Shown: one piece after another, positions 36,901 to 49,520 of the stretch
How positions within the stretch are numbered: the stretch's first letter is position 1
How the letters are laid out: each line of letters starts with the position of its first letter
Assembly (NCBI GenBank): GCA_030704615.1
Contig: CM060732.1
Location: 5,828,001 to 5,892,000, forward strand
Direction: 5' to 3'
Source of the DNA: Takakia lepidozioides
Lineage: Eukaryota > Plantae > Bryophyta
DNA: 64,000 nt
Notes under the pieces: model-generated
The model's input: only the letters and a program-made list of their open reading frames with translations
Database searches by the model: none
Told to the model about the DNA's origin: nothing
Made by a program: the position numbers and the translations under genes

Positions 36901-39050
36901 TTGGCCAACTGCAAAGCGACCTTTGTGTCTTCTAACTCTTGCTGTAACTTGAGATTGACCTCCTCATCGACCTTGTTTGCACACTCAGTGGCAAGTCGAG
37001 CCTCAAACTCCTTCCTGAGTTCCTCCCTCAAAGCTGCCAATTGGGTAGATGGAACATGGGATTTCACATAAGTGCCCAATAAATTAAGTGTTCTGCTTAT
37101 GGAACTCATAAGCATGGCCTGCTGAGGGTCATCATGGTGAGCTTGCTGCTGTTCTCCCTGATCCTCGACAGTGTGATGCCTCACCAACCATTCAGGCCAT
37201 TGCCCCACCAGATTCTCTTCCTGAACCACCTCATCCGCCACAGGTGCTGCAGTGTCTTGATATTCTACCCCTGGTACCTCCATCACAGGTGTGGGTATTA
37301 CATGCACAACAGGGTTTTCCCTGGACAACCGCTGCACCTCTGGAATCACTGATTCCCTTACCAAGCCAGAGTTTTCATAGAGAAGGTCACCCTTTTCAAT
37401 TTCGGCCACGACCTGCTCTGTAGTGGGTATGTCCAACCTTTCTCCTTCCAGAGCGATTGGGGGTGAAGTCATAGCATGTACTAACTGTGGAACCTCCAAA
37501 ACATCTGAGTCAATTGGTTGTGGTGGCTGTGGTATCGAATTGACTTCCTCTTCCCTCTCTGAAGGCCGTGCTTCCAATAATAGCAGCTCTCTGTGCTGCT
37601 GTGCCCCATCATGCACAAGAGCTTGGGAAACATTATCGTGCGGTTTCCGTGAAGCCAGTGGATCCGCCACTACAGTCATACCCCCCCTCTATCTCTTAGA
37701 TTGGTGTTGCCCTACCAGTCCACCCTCACTGTGTGAAGAGCCCTGCTCTTCAATTGCAGCGGTTTCTGCCTCAAACACTCCCATCTCCTTACGTTCCCGA
37801 GTATCAAGTATGCAAGAATCAAGAATTATTTGGGCAATGACTGGACCGGACACAATGATTGGAGACTTAGCAGCAGTGCCCTGTAACCTCTTCATCTCGT
37901 CCACCAATCCATTGTACATTAACTCCGCCTAAGCGACATCCTCTCCCCTCAAAGCTTTCAGGATCTCCTCTGTGAATGACCTGCTCAAATACTGTTGGTT
38001 CTGTTTCATGGCAAACAAAACGTTCAATATTTGGCCAACTTCCCTAAGCCCTGGGTACTCGGCTTTGGTACAAGCGTAACCTTGAGTTTTAAAGAAACTC
38101 CCTTCTTGGAACAAATTCCCTATCTGCAATCTTGCCCTGTGCTCATCCACATCCACATGTCCTGATGGCAAATCAAACAATTGCTGCAGGTACTGGGGAG
38201 TAATTTCTATATCTACTCCCCTCACCTGAGTAACTCCCGTCCGAGGCTCAAAATTTCTAAAGAAATTGTATCATGAATTGTCGATGATGCAAGGACCAGT
38301 CCTTGCGTAGCAGCCCCTCCAATCGCAACTCGCAATGCAGTCATTTCGGCATAAAGCTTGATGTCGGCAATCGTAATGTGTTGCGCACCTTCGTGCGGAG
38401 TGTCCCCTTGAGTGTCAGTGTTTGGCTCTTTTGGCACAACACAAACAAATTTGACTCGGGGTATCCTGTTTATTGGACTCGTGGGGCCATGGCCATCTTT
38501 CCATAATGGATGGCTTCATATCCTTTGCAGGGTTTGCTTTGCAGGGTTTGCTTTTCATCCAAACACTATCCGGCTTCTTGTGGCTTCTTGTCTTTCAAGA
38601 CAGTTTTTCTAGTTGGTGTCTCTCAGTGTGGTTGACTGCGGAGTTTGGTGCAGACTTCCGCCGTGCATGTCATTCTTACAGAAGATTGTAAACCCCAAAA
38701 TCCTTTGCATACATCGCCCGCAGTTATTGGGACAGTGCTACCCTTATTCACCTCAGTTCGTTTGGGGTGGATCCCCTCTCGAGAATTACGGGCTATCAGT
38801 TCGGGGGACCTTTTGTGGATCGCAACTTTGGGTCAGTGTAGGAAAACATCTCCAGGGAGGGAGACAGAATCGCTCGATTTCATTCCAATGCATGTAGTCT
38901 TCCACTGACTGCCACTGTAGATGACGATGGGTTTGCAGTTGTTCATGAGGATGAGCTGGTTACAATGTTCCCTCTGGAATTGGGTTATCTGCTTGTTCAA
39001 AAAGAGGTATATGACAAGGATGGGAATTTGGATTCTGGGCACTTGCAGAA
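33963..39050 (-). mobile_element. 3' part of a second non-chromoviral Gypsy element: decayed integrase tail, accessory ORF(s) 35079-38437, PPT and 3' LTR (33963-34856)
   Basis: Minus-strand PPT (plus strand cccctccccctctc, about 34861-34874) precedes TGTTAGAG; LTR ends CTCGACA at 33963; accessory ORFs align with 27049-29988; GGCTGTG-based minisatellite at 34600-34737. Confidence 0.8.
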
Positions 39051-39174
39051 ACCATTGGTTGGCGAGTGTGAGAGGAAGTGGAGAGTCCTTCCAGGAACAT
39101 ACCGGTTCCTTGGATTAAAAGAGAGAAGACAATCAGCAGGATGAGTAGTTACCCCTGGCACTGCAGCATCGGTC

Positions 39175-41027
39175 GTGCAGCAGAAGGGCACAGTTCATGT
39201 GAAACAAGAGGTGAGCATATCCACTACGTTCGTGACTCTTTCAGACTCGTCCTCGGAGGATGTTTCTGAGATTCCTCCGCCAGTCCAGACTCCATTCTTG
39301 GATGATGACGAATTGCAGGAGATAACGAGTGTCATTCCGAAATTGAGAGCCCTCGCAGGGGTGCGTGGGTGCAAGAACGAACTGCGTTTTGTTGATTGGG
39401 AGTCCCTTCGGGTGCAGCGGGTTCAATATGTGCCAGCAGAGTTTGACGGGGACATTTTGTTTGAGCTCAACCCTCCCACGTCTTCCAGTGGACTAGCTGG
39501 GCTTCTGCAGGGCATGGACAAGAAACATGACGGATACCCTTGGTACAGGACAAAAACATCAAACATCCACAACGACATTGGATTGAAATTTCGGAGGTCG
39601 GTTTGCGTTGGACATTGCAAGTGCCTGAATACTTCTTGCCCTCACCTGAGAAACAACTCTAAACCAAACGAAAGTGAGTGGGAAGGGGTGCCCCTGAATC
39701 CTTTCACACCAGGGCTTGCCCCTCCCAAGACCAATACTTTTGTGTGCAGGTTCTGCAAACTTGCCCCGTCCTATGTTTCTGTGTGCCACACTCGTATGTA
39801 CCAGGTGGCACACCGCTGCAAGACAATGACTCGTGCTTGCATTCATATGGGTACACACGAGCATCATGTGTCGTAGGGAAGTTGCAGGGGTAGCGTGGAC
39901 ATCGCTAGAAATCTTCTGAAGCAGGAGTTCCACAATGCCCCTTGTGCAACACCTTCTGCTATAGCACTTGCAGCTAGCAATGCATTCCTGGAAAAACACA
40001 TACTGGGTGAAGGGGATGCGACACAACCAATGCTGGATGCAGATGCTCTCCATAGCAATTTGTGATATGCAGTCGGAGGACACTGAATCCCAAATGCTCA
40101 TGTGGAATTCTCTCCTGGCCGTCATGTAGCGCAATGGAATGCATAACACAAATTTTGCGGGGTTCATGGCTGATAGTGCACAGGCAAATTTCAATGCAGT
40201 GCGGCGCGTCTTTGGTTCGGGGGCATGGCAATTTGGACCCCCTCTTTCAAGAAATGCAAATAAAAAATATGCAAAGGCTCCAAGGGGACTCCAGATCCAA
40301 CATTCACAGGGGTGTTCCGACCTTATCATAGTGGGTCTAGTCAAAGGACCACAAGTTTTGGTTCTGCCCAGACAATATGGCACGATGCGTCAAGGGAACA
40401 GTTTGTCCTTCGGTGATAATGAAGCCCCCTCCGCCCGCAATTTGGGCTGTGAAACTTGGGACGTCGTTGTCATCAATCGAGATAAGCATGCTAGAGGAGG
40501 GGGGGTTCCGTCTTGCACGGTCCCGGGTGGTGCCCTCATGCACTCTGGGCACAAATGTGCCACATGCTCCGGCAATGCCTCCACCCGGTGCCGAATCCCA
40601 CCCAACAAAAAGAGATGGAAAAACAGTGCGCCGTGTCACTTCGGGTGCAGATCACGACTGCAAGATGGAATCGGCTAGAATTTTGCAGGCTCGGGTGACT
40701 CATATCATCGAAGTCCCGGCCCCGGGGTATGGACGGATTTACACAGTGTTGTCTACTGGCTCAGTTCTTCATGGCAAAGAATATCAGGTTACCGTGGGGA
40801 ATTTTCCTGCGTGCACTTGTCCGGATTTTGTAATGATGCGTGAGGGCGCTCTCGGCATGAGAGGGAAGTGGGTCCCCTGCAAGCATCAATATTACATATA
40901 CCTTATAATTATGTGCTGCGACGGTAAGAGAGACCAATTCATTCACCACGCCACACTAGGCTATGGAGAAGTCATCACTCTTCTACAGCGGGACACCTGC
41001 CGTGGGGCTCCGCCAGATTCTATGTGA
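39175..41027 (+). pseudogene. MULE-type transposase with N-terminal Zn-binding region and C-terminal SWIM finger, internally deleted
   Basis: DGYPWYRTKTSN...CVGHCKC...HMGTHEH; GFMADSAQANF; CTCPDF...CKH SWIM; homologous to 44845-47989. Confidence 0.8.
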
Positions 41028-41442
41028 ACAGAAACGAGCCATGCCCACTTCCCGAGCTGGTTTCCAGCTTATCGTGTGGAGTCTTTGCATGTAGGACAAC
41101 ACACATACATTTTGTTTGCGGAACCAGGGCAATTGCACATGCCATTCATTGTAGGCGTCTTTCTCTGAATTGAAATAAAGTGTGACGATCATTCTGAGCT
41201 CAAATCTGCCATATGTTCATATTCCTCTTTTTGTGCAGACATCGCAGACATGGTGCATGGTGGCCCCTTTGTTTTGTCCACATTTGTCCACGGTAATAGG
41301 CCCTCTTCTTGCAATCCTTGCCTATAGGGCCTGCTTCTCCAGTACATTGGTGCCGCTCACGCTTCCCTGAAGCGTGAGCTCAGCTCACGCTTTGCAGGTA
41401 CGACGTGAGCTCAGCTCCCAAGCTCACGGGGCTGGGCTCACG

Positions 41443-41881
41443 CCGTAGCTACGTTGAATGGGGTGTTCTTCAGTATGAAGTCATGCGTTTGCTCAATCAC
41501 CAAGGTTGGCAATGTTACCCTCTTCGATTTTTTGGGCAAAACGATGTCCTTGGTTCGTGCATCCTCCTCTTCCTTCCACATCCAAGGGGCTTCCTCATCC
41601 ACCCTTGCCATGTACTCCGTGCTATAGAACATAGCTTCTTGCAACGTATACCCCTCCGCCATGCTACCCTCCGGGTGCGCCATTTGTCTTACAAATCCTT
41701 TCAAAGTCTTCATATAATGCTCAAGGAAGTACATCCACTGAGAATGAACGGGGCCGGCAATCGAAGCCTCTTCCACTAAGTGCACTTGGATGTCAAAGAA
41801 GGAGGGATGAATGTGCATCTCCAACATACACATTACCTCCGCCGCCTCCTTCTTCATGCGTGGAAATTGCAATCCATGCAA
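41443..41881 (-). pseudogene. CACTA TnpD fragment (DUF4218)
   Basis: MCMLEM..PSFFDIQVHL..EA...GPVHSQWMY..E.YMKTLKGFVRQMAHPEGSMAEGY. Confidence 0.9.
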
Positions 41882-42682
41882 TACTCTTCGTCAGAGAAAA
41901 ATGCGTGCACATGCTCAGGTAGGATGGTAGAAAGAAACACAACATCGAATGATTTTGCTTTGTATAAAGCTTTGGCTTTAATTCAAAATGAACATCAAAT
42001 CAAACATCAAATCATGAAATCATCAATCATCTATCATCAAATCATCAAACCATCAAATACAATAATGAAATAAAGTCAACTAATTGTTTATGGAGGAACA
42101 AGATATTATTGCAAGACCATTGATCAAAGGTGCAATACTCTTCGTCACAAATCAACTCAAGCATATGCTCAGGTATGATGGTAGAGAGAAGCACAACATC
42201 GGATGATTTTGCATACATCAAACATTGAACGTAAAACATAAAACATCAAATGAACAGATCGTCAATCGAATAATGATTAACGATGAACGATCTAAAGGAA
42301 TACTTCCATGATTTTGGAATAACAATTAACGATGACAGTTCATGATTAGCGATTAAAGATTATCGATTAGTGATTAGCCATTGAAACGATCTCTGATGAA
42401 ACGATTAGCGATTAGCGATTAGATCGTGGTTATTAGCCTAGACCGTGGTTGGATGGAAAACATGAAGTCCAAATTCCAACATGTGTGTGTACACAAAGCC
42501 TTTGCCGAAATCGGCCAATACTTTGTGCAAATGTATTACGCTGAGGTTATACTCAAAAAACAAATGGATTGAAGCGAAAGAAGAACATTTTGTGAAATAA
42601 CCGGTGGTTGTTGCGAAAGAAGAGCATTTTGTGAGCGAGTTTGTTGCAGCGGAAGAACAGGTCGTCCCTGGACAAATAAATC

Positions 42683-43084
42683 CACCGCGGCTCACCACTG
42701 GGACGATTGAGGGTCTAAGTGGTGGTGCACCAGATTTGGACTGGGCTACTTGTGGAACCCCCGTGACACCTACAGAAGTATATATAGGGAGTAGTAACCC
42801 CGAGAATGGTGCAAGCCCGTTGGTGACCAAAAACTAGTGAGTAAGCGTGCGAGCCGGACAACGACCAAGGTGTGGGGAGTTGTTCCGGACTACCATCTAC
42901 CAGAGGGAATTTCCACTAAGCCCAACAGGTCAAGGGTCGAGTGGGAGTGTGAGGGGGACCGTTATGCCCCGGTGAGCAGCCGAAGCTCCGAGTTGGCCCG
43001 GCGGCCAGTTTGGGAGTTAGGCGCGCGCATTAAAGCGAGTAACTATGACTTGAAGGGGAGCTTACCGAAGTGAGGTGCGTGACA
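42683..43084 (+). mobile_element. 3' half of a family-B solo LTR
   Basis: Aligns with 2245-2646; ends GCGTGACA followed by aacat. Confidence 0.88.
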
Positions 43085-43510
43085 AACATAGTGTATCTAC
43101 GTGGTTTTGTGGAGGGAAAGAATGTGAATTAAATATGATGCAAGAAAGGCCAAAATACAATTGGTCTACATGAACATCACTAATCGCTTCGGTCATTAAT
43201 GTCATCAATTGATTGCACTTCACCCAGGCCTGAGGTGGTCAAGAATTTTCAAACCCCAAAAAAAACATCCAGGAAGGACAAATAGGGATCAGGCATCCAC
43301 TCAGTTACGTTCTCGGTCATCGCATAGGAACAAAAAAGATCTGAGCCATGGAGCTGTGGGACGGTAATGCGGCACCGCATTTCCGTCCGGGGGAGACCTT
43401 CATACTCTTTAGAACGGAAGAAGTTGAAGACCGGCATCAGATGGATGTTGCTAAAATGTAAAGCTCTCATGATTGCATTTCAGAGGACTTTCTTTGGATA
43501 CAGCCAAATT

Positions 43511-44136
43511 TCACTTAGGGAATCCATTGATCCGGAGTGTTGAAAACGTGGAGTGAGGCCGCTTCTTTTGTCTTTCTTACATCTCTAACATGGGATACTC
43601 TAATGATAGTTTGGAATTGTACGCAGTTGTGAGCATTGTTCAACCAGCATTGTTCTCTTTTTTTGACAATCTTGGTTTAAATTAGTGCAATGTAACCAAG
43701 CAACCTCTATATATTGAAATGTGCGTAATTTATGGCCCTTGGCTTGCTCATGTCTATCTGTAGTGATTTATTTGTCTAGGGACGACCTGTTCTTCCGCTG
43801 CAATAAACTCGTTCACAAAATGCTTTTCTTTCGCATCAACCGCCGGTTATTTCACAAAATGTTCTTCTTTTGCTCCAATCTATTTTTCACTTAGGGAATC
43901 CATTGATCCGAAGTGTTGAAAACTTGGAGTGAGGCCGCTTCTCTTGTCTTTCTTGCATCTCTAACATAGGATACTCTAATGATAGTTTGGAACTGTTCGC
44001 AGTTGTGAGCATTGTCCAACCAGCATTGTTGTCTCCCTTTGACGATCCTGGTTCAAAGTGCAATGTAACCAAACAACCTCTACATATTGAAATGTGCGTA
44101 ATTTATGGCCATTGGCTCGTTTGTGTCTATCCATAG
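43511..44136. repeat. Tandem repeat, period about 376 bp; the missing part of copy 2 lies inverted at about 42560-42682
   Basis: tcacttagggaatccattgatcc at 43511 and 43887. Confidence 0.85.
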
Positions 44137-44281
44137 ACCTAGTGAGCGCCACCGCCTCCTTGAGTGCCTTTGGCACTCGAAGGTGCTTCAGCCCCCTTTC
44201 CTATTTGCTGCCACTGCCCCCACCACAGGGGCAGCCTCTCTCGTGTCCCGACCCCCGCCCTCATGGCAAAGGGCCGCGACA
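44137..44281 (-). mobile_element. 5' part of a family-B solo LTR
   Basis: Reverse complement aligns with 1922-2067 starting TGTCGCGG; preceded on the minus strand by agcat. Confidence 0.85.
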
Positions 44282-44844
44282 ATGCTCGTCATAAATATAA
44301 GCTAAAAATATTCACGTACATGTTTGTAATGAGAGCATTTAAGTAATTGTCGGCTCCTTTGACTTGCACATGATGGGTGTAATTTGCTGGATATCCCATT
44401 CACATTTCCACCTCCATGTGATTTACATAGTGCAGAGTCTTGGTGCCATTTTGCATCACTTGCTCCAGTTGCACGACGTTGCCTTTGTGGAGGTTTACTA
44501 TTTCATGAGCAGAAACCATGAGCCATGAGCCATGAGCCGCATGAGCCGCATGAGCGGTGAGCCGAAGTCTAAGACACGCGGTTTTCATGAGCGGACTCCT
44601 CCAAATTTGGAAATGCGGTAGATTAAAAATATATAAAAATATTAGTTTTTTAATTTGATATTGCCGTTTTTGGAAGTTCCAGATCCTATAATGTGGCGAA
44701 GATATGTCGTCAGTAATAATTTCGCTCATGGTTTTTTAGATCCGCTCATGGAAATGAGTGACCGAGCTTGTACACTCTTCTGAATATGGATCCAGGGGAC
44801 CAGTGAGCTTGGCTTGCGGGCGCCCATCCTTTTCAAAGTTTCAG

Positions 44845-47800
44845 TTATAGTAGAACATCTTGGGGGCTCAATCCTGGTGAATGTATGAAGTGATGAGTTG
44901 TGGAATTACACCGGAGTCTCTTTAGGTACATGTAGTACAGATGCTTGCAAGGGCAGTATGATGCCCCCTTGTTCGCCATGATCTGGAAGTCGGTGCAATT
45001 GCAGGTGGGTAATTCTGAAATGGTAATGGTGTACACCTCATTGCGGACAGCTGAGCCTGCCGTGGCCATCTGATACACACGCCTGAAGCCTGGTGGGGGC
45101 ACTTTTGTTGAGCTCTGGATTGTACAGTTCATCCGAAGTGTATTCCCCATCCTTGTCTCGTTCACTTTTGAGGGAGGTCGCCGCCTCTTCGGTTTCCCCC
45201 AACAGTGTGTAGGATGCTTAAAGTTGTCGCATCCCATTGTTCTTGCTCTCATAGGGGTCGATGGTGGAGGTTGTGGAAGCGGAAATGGCTGTCTGGGGAC
45301 GTCAGTGCGCTGCACCATCCGAAATCCTGCGGCAGTAAGGGCGTCGGCCTCAACCTGACTCAGATCGCATCCTAGTTCCACTGGCCACACCGGGGGAGCC
45401 TCTGGCATTGTTTGTATGCCATACTTGGGCTTTCCATACACGCAAGTCATACTGTCATGCCTGCAGAACCAAACTGGGTAGTTGTCGCCTCCGCAAACTT
45501 TGCATGGACAAATCTTCCTGTAAAAGTAGGAGCAGGGATAGCCCCATCTGGATTCCTCCTTATTATCTCTAAACAACGTTGTCGTGTATCCACTCGAATT
45601 GCGGAACACCTGCCTCGAAACGCCGGCCTTGTGCGAGCAATTCTCCACTATGACGCAGACATAGTCGTCTCCACAATGGCTTGGCCATACTGCATAATAG
45701 CGGGCGGAATCTGGGGCAAGCGAGTGGTGGGAATTTCTCGCATGGAATCCCCGCTTGAAGGCGATGGCGATCTGGAAACTCTTGGGCTTCCACTGCTGGA
45801 AGACACATTGTGCGGCAACATGACAGGACCTCGAGGTGCTGTCCGAATGTTCCTGTCGGATCTCCAAGAATCCTCTTTGCACCCGAGTTCCTCTTCAATC
45901 CTCTGCCTCACAGGGCGAGTACGGACGTCCCCCTCTAGGTGTTCACCTCTGCGGAGCAGAGGCGTCCCTTTGATCTTCTCTCGCAATGTTGTCGCCCATT
46001 TCAGTGGATTCTTCGACCTCGAAGCTGTTCGTACCAACAATTCCTCCCTGTCCGGCCCAAAGCCCCATTGTTTCGCGCTCAGGATCTTGTAGTACCTGGC
46101 TTGCTGCATGATTGCTCTGTCGACGTCCTCCATTGTGGCCGTCACTACGTCCACCAGATGTGCGGCAGAAGACGCTCGCCAGGAGGAGTGGACTGATTCT
46201 GCCATATTCGTGTTCGGCATGTCCATGTCGGAATCCAGGCACCGCTCCTACAAAGACAGAAACAATGGTGAGGGAAAAATGGAAAGGTCCGTAATAGAAC
46301 GACAATTGCAGGAAAAGTCTGGCATCATACCTCTCGACTTTGGTTTGTGATCTGATTGAAGTACTGTCGATACCGATGCCACCACCCCAACCAGCTGTGC
46401 AAGGCTCCCAGATTGGTTGTCTCCACTGCACCTGACGTGTTCCACCAAGCCTCGATGATAACAAACTTAACCTTCGCGTCATCAAATGTGGGTGCATCTT
46501 TCCACGCCGTACAAAGGATACGGTGTTCAACTTGGAATGAGGTAGCAACAAATTTGGTAGTGTAATGAGATAGACTCTGCATCCAATGGAAATCCACATG
46601 ATCTCTCTTTCCCCTCCATTGGAACATTGGGGTCCTCACCGTACACACGCCACACCGCTGCCCAGTTGGCCTGAGCGTTGTCGGCCATGAATCCCCTGAA
46701 ATTGGGCTCTGGCAAACCCGCTCTTGCCATCTGCTCGTTTATGCCCTCCCATAAATGCATCTCCGACTGTGTGTCCTCCCCTTTCATCTCGCAGATTGCA
46801 ATCGTCATGAGCCTCTTGGAGTGATAGTCATAAACATGCGCACCCATAGTCACCCACTGATGGTTTGTAATTCGCTTGATGTGGTCAAACATCACCCAAG
46901 CATTTGACAAGTTTCCAGTTGTCATGCGAGTGACCAAGTCGACTCCACTCCCAGACCCACACGTTGACATTTAAAAAATGTAACAACGATCGGATTTGCT
47001 GCCTTGCCCTGGAAACCTGCTACCTTGGATGTAGTCATATCCAATCCTTCGTTTCACCTCCAGGATTGAGTGCATGTCTGACCCCCGGCCGAACTCCTGC
47101 TTGCAAGTTACGATGTGATTCCGCACATTCGGACTACAAACGTGCGAGATAGACTCCAACAGGTCAAGCATCTCTTCTTCGTTCAAGGGCACTCGGTCCT
47201 TTCCATCTTCAGATATGATTTTGCCAAGAGCAATCTTGTGGGCTGCCTTGAGCTGAATATGCTTTGGTCTGGCTCCGGGGCTCAATTTCACCTCCTCTTT
47301 TATGATGTCGTGTGCTTCCTGCACAGCCTCCCGGATGTTGTCGCTTGCCAAGGGGTGGCAGTGGACCCCAACGTGTATGTAAGCTCTAATCAAGTCCGGG
47401 AGCAAATGGATTACATAATATTGCTTGGCTCTGCACATAGACATGCACGTTGGTGGTTCTTTGCAATGTGCGCACTTGAAAGTACCCGCCGGAGCTTGGC
47501 TCGATCAATGTTTATTTACATCCCCGAGGCTTTGTTTGACGAAGTAACAGGTGGAAACTCGAAGATCACATTACCATCGACTTCGGGAGGCAGATACGTT
47601 ACCTTCCTGACTAAAAATTTGGCATAGTCCAGAGCAGCTAGCTCGGAGCGAGAACCATTGAGGTGATGTTGCCCTAAGAGCTGCACAATGGAGCGGGTTG
47701 GAGTTATGCTCAAGGGTACATGCGTAGCACCTGCAGAGACGTCCATGTCGGATTTGAACGACCGTGTGGAGGACATGGGGGCCTCAATGCACTCATCTTC

Positions 47801-47989
47801 CTCGTCGGAAACGTCGAATACCTCCACACGAGAAGCTATGGAGGGTCTTGACGGTCCAGGTCGGGAATGATTATCGTTGCATACCTCTCTGTTGATAGTG
47901 GCCGCCTGTCGGTTTCCCGACTCCTTTGTGGATGGTGTCGGAAGTGACTGATTCGGAAAGGGAATGGGCATTCCCACAACTCGGTACAA
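44845..47989 (-). pseudogene. MULE-type DDE transposase with SWIM finger, near full length, frameshifted
   Basis: WVMFDHIKRI (D1), GFMADNAQANW (D2), ERSC.FHW (CxxH), TNMAESVHSSW (E), CNCTDF...CPCKH (SWIM). Confidence 0.85.
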
Positions 47990-48039
47990 GATGGTGTCTG
48001 ATGGGGGGAAAGAAAGAAAGAAGAAAAAAAAAAAAACCT

Positions 48040-49520
48040 ATAAGTCGGCGCCGACTTATCGACTAAAAACAGAAAAAATCAGTGTGGGTTTAAAGTCGGC
48101 ACCAACTTTAACGATGGGAGAAAAACACAAAAAAGAAATTAAAAAAATAAAATAAGTCGGCACCGACTTATCTTCGACTATGAACATTAAAAATCAGTGT
48201 GTGTTTAAAGTCGGCACCGACTTAAACGATGGGAGAAAAAAGAAAAAGAAAAAAAAGAGAAAACTATAAGTCGGCGCCGACTTATCTTCGACTATGAACA
48301 CAAAAAATCAGTGTGGGTTTAAAGTTGGCACCGACTTTAACGATGGGAAAAAACACAAAAATAAAAATAAAATAAATAAATAAGTCAGCACCGACTTATA
48401 TTCGACTATGAACATTAAAAATCAATGTGTGTTTAAAGTCGGCACCGACTTTAACGATGGGAGAGAAAAAAAAAAAAAAAACAAAAAAAAAACTATAAGT
48501 CGGCGCCGACTTATCTTTGACTATGAACACAAAAAATCAGTGTGGGTTTAAAGTCGGCACACTTTAACGATGGGAGAAAAAAAAACCGAAAAAAATAAAA
48601 AAATAAAAATCGGCGCCGACTTATTCACAAAAAATCAGTTTTTTCTTTAAAAAAAAAAGAAAAACCTATAAGTCGGCCGACTAAATCAAGATTCTAGAGC
48701 AAATACTATATTTCATCCAAATAATGTTGTTTTTATCTTTGCTCATGAATATTTTTGCTCATGCTCATGGGTATAAAGTTCCCATCGTTAAAGTTGGTGC
48801 CGACTTTAAACCCAAGCCCGTTTTTTTATGTTCATAATTGAGGATAGTTTTTTACTTTTTACTTTTTTTTTTGGCTCCTTTGGTTAAAAGTTGGTGCTGA
48901 CTTTGGACCCAAGCTGATTTTTCCAGTTCGTAATCGAGGATAAGTCGGCACCAACTAATAGTTTTTATTAATTTATTAATTCTTGTTTTGGCTCCTTTGG
49001 TTTAAGTCGGTGCCATTTTTAAACCTAAGCTGATTTTTGGGGTTCATAATCGAGGATAAGTCGGCGCCGACTAATAGTGTTTTTAAAATAATAATAATAA
49101 TAATAATAATAATTCTGGCTCCTTTGGTTATAGTCGGTGCCGACTTTAAACCCAAGCTGATTTTTTTGTATTCATAATCGTTTTATTTTTATTTATTTAT
49201 TTTTATTTTAAAATTAATTAATTTTTTTGGCTCCCTTGGTTAAAGTCGGTGCCAACCTTAAACCCGAACTGATTTTTTGTGTTCATAGTCGTAGATAAGT
49301 CGGCGCCGACTAATTGTTTTTTTTTGTTTTTTTTTTCCTCCCATCGTTAAAGTCGGTGCCGGCTTTAAATCCAAACTGTTATTTTGTGTTCATAGTTGAA
49401 GATAAGTCGGCGCCGACTACTAGTTTATTTATTTATTTATTTATTCCCATTCTCTGATGAACTTAAACCCAAACTGATTTTTTGTGTTTATAGTCGAAGA
49501 TAAGTCGACGCCGACTAATA
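48040..49520. repeat. Head-to-head array of approximately 115-bp units, each carrying two AAGTCGGC(G/A)CCGACTT palindromes
   Basis: About 6 units with A-tracts (48040-48690), then about 6 reverse-complement units with T-tracts (48780-49520). Confidence 0.92.

Noticed and set aside
48040-49520. CRISPR-like array of palindromic repeats
   Set aside because: Spacers are themselves repeated, orientation flips midway, there are no cas genes, and the context is eukaryotic TE DNA
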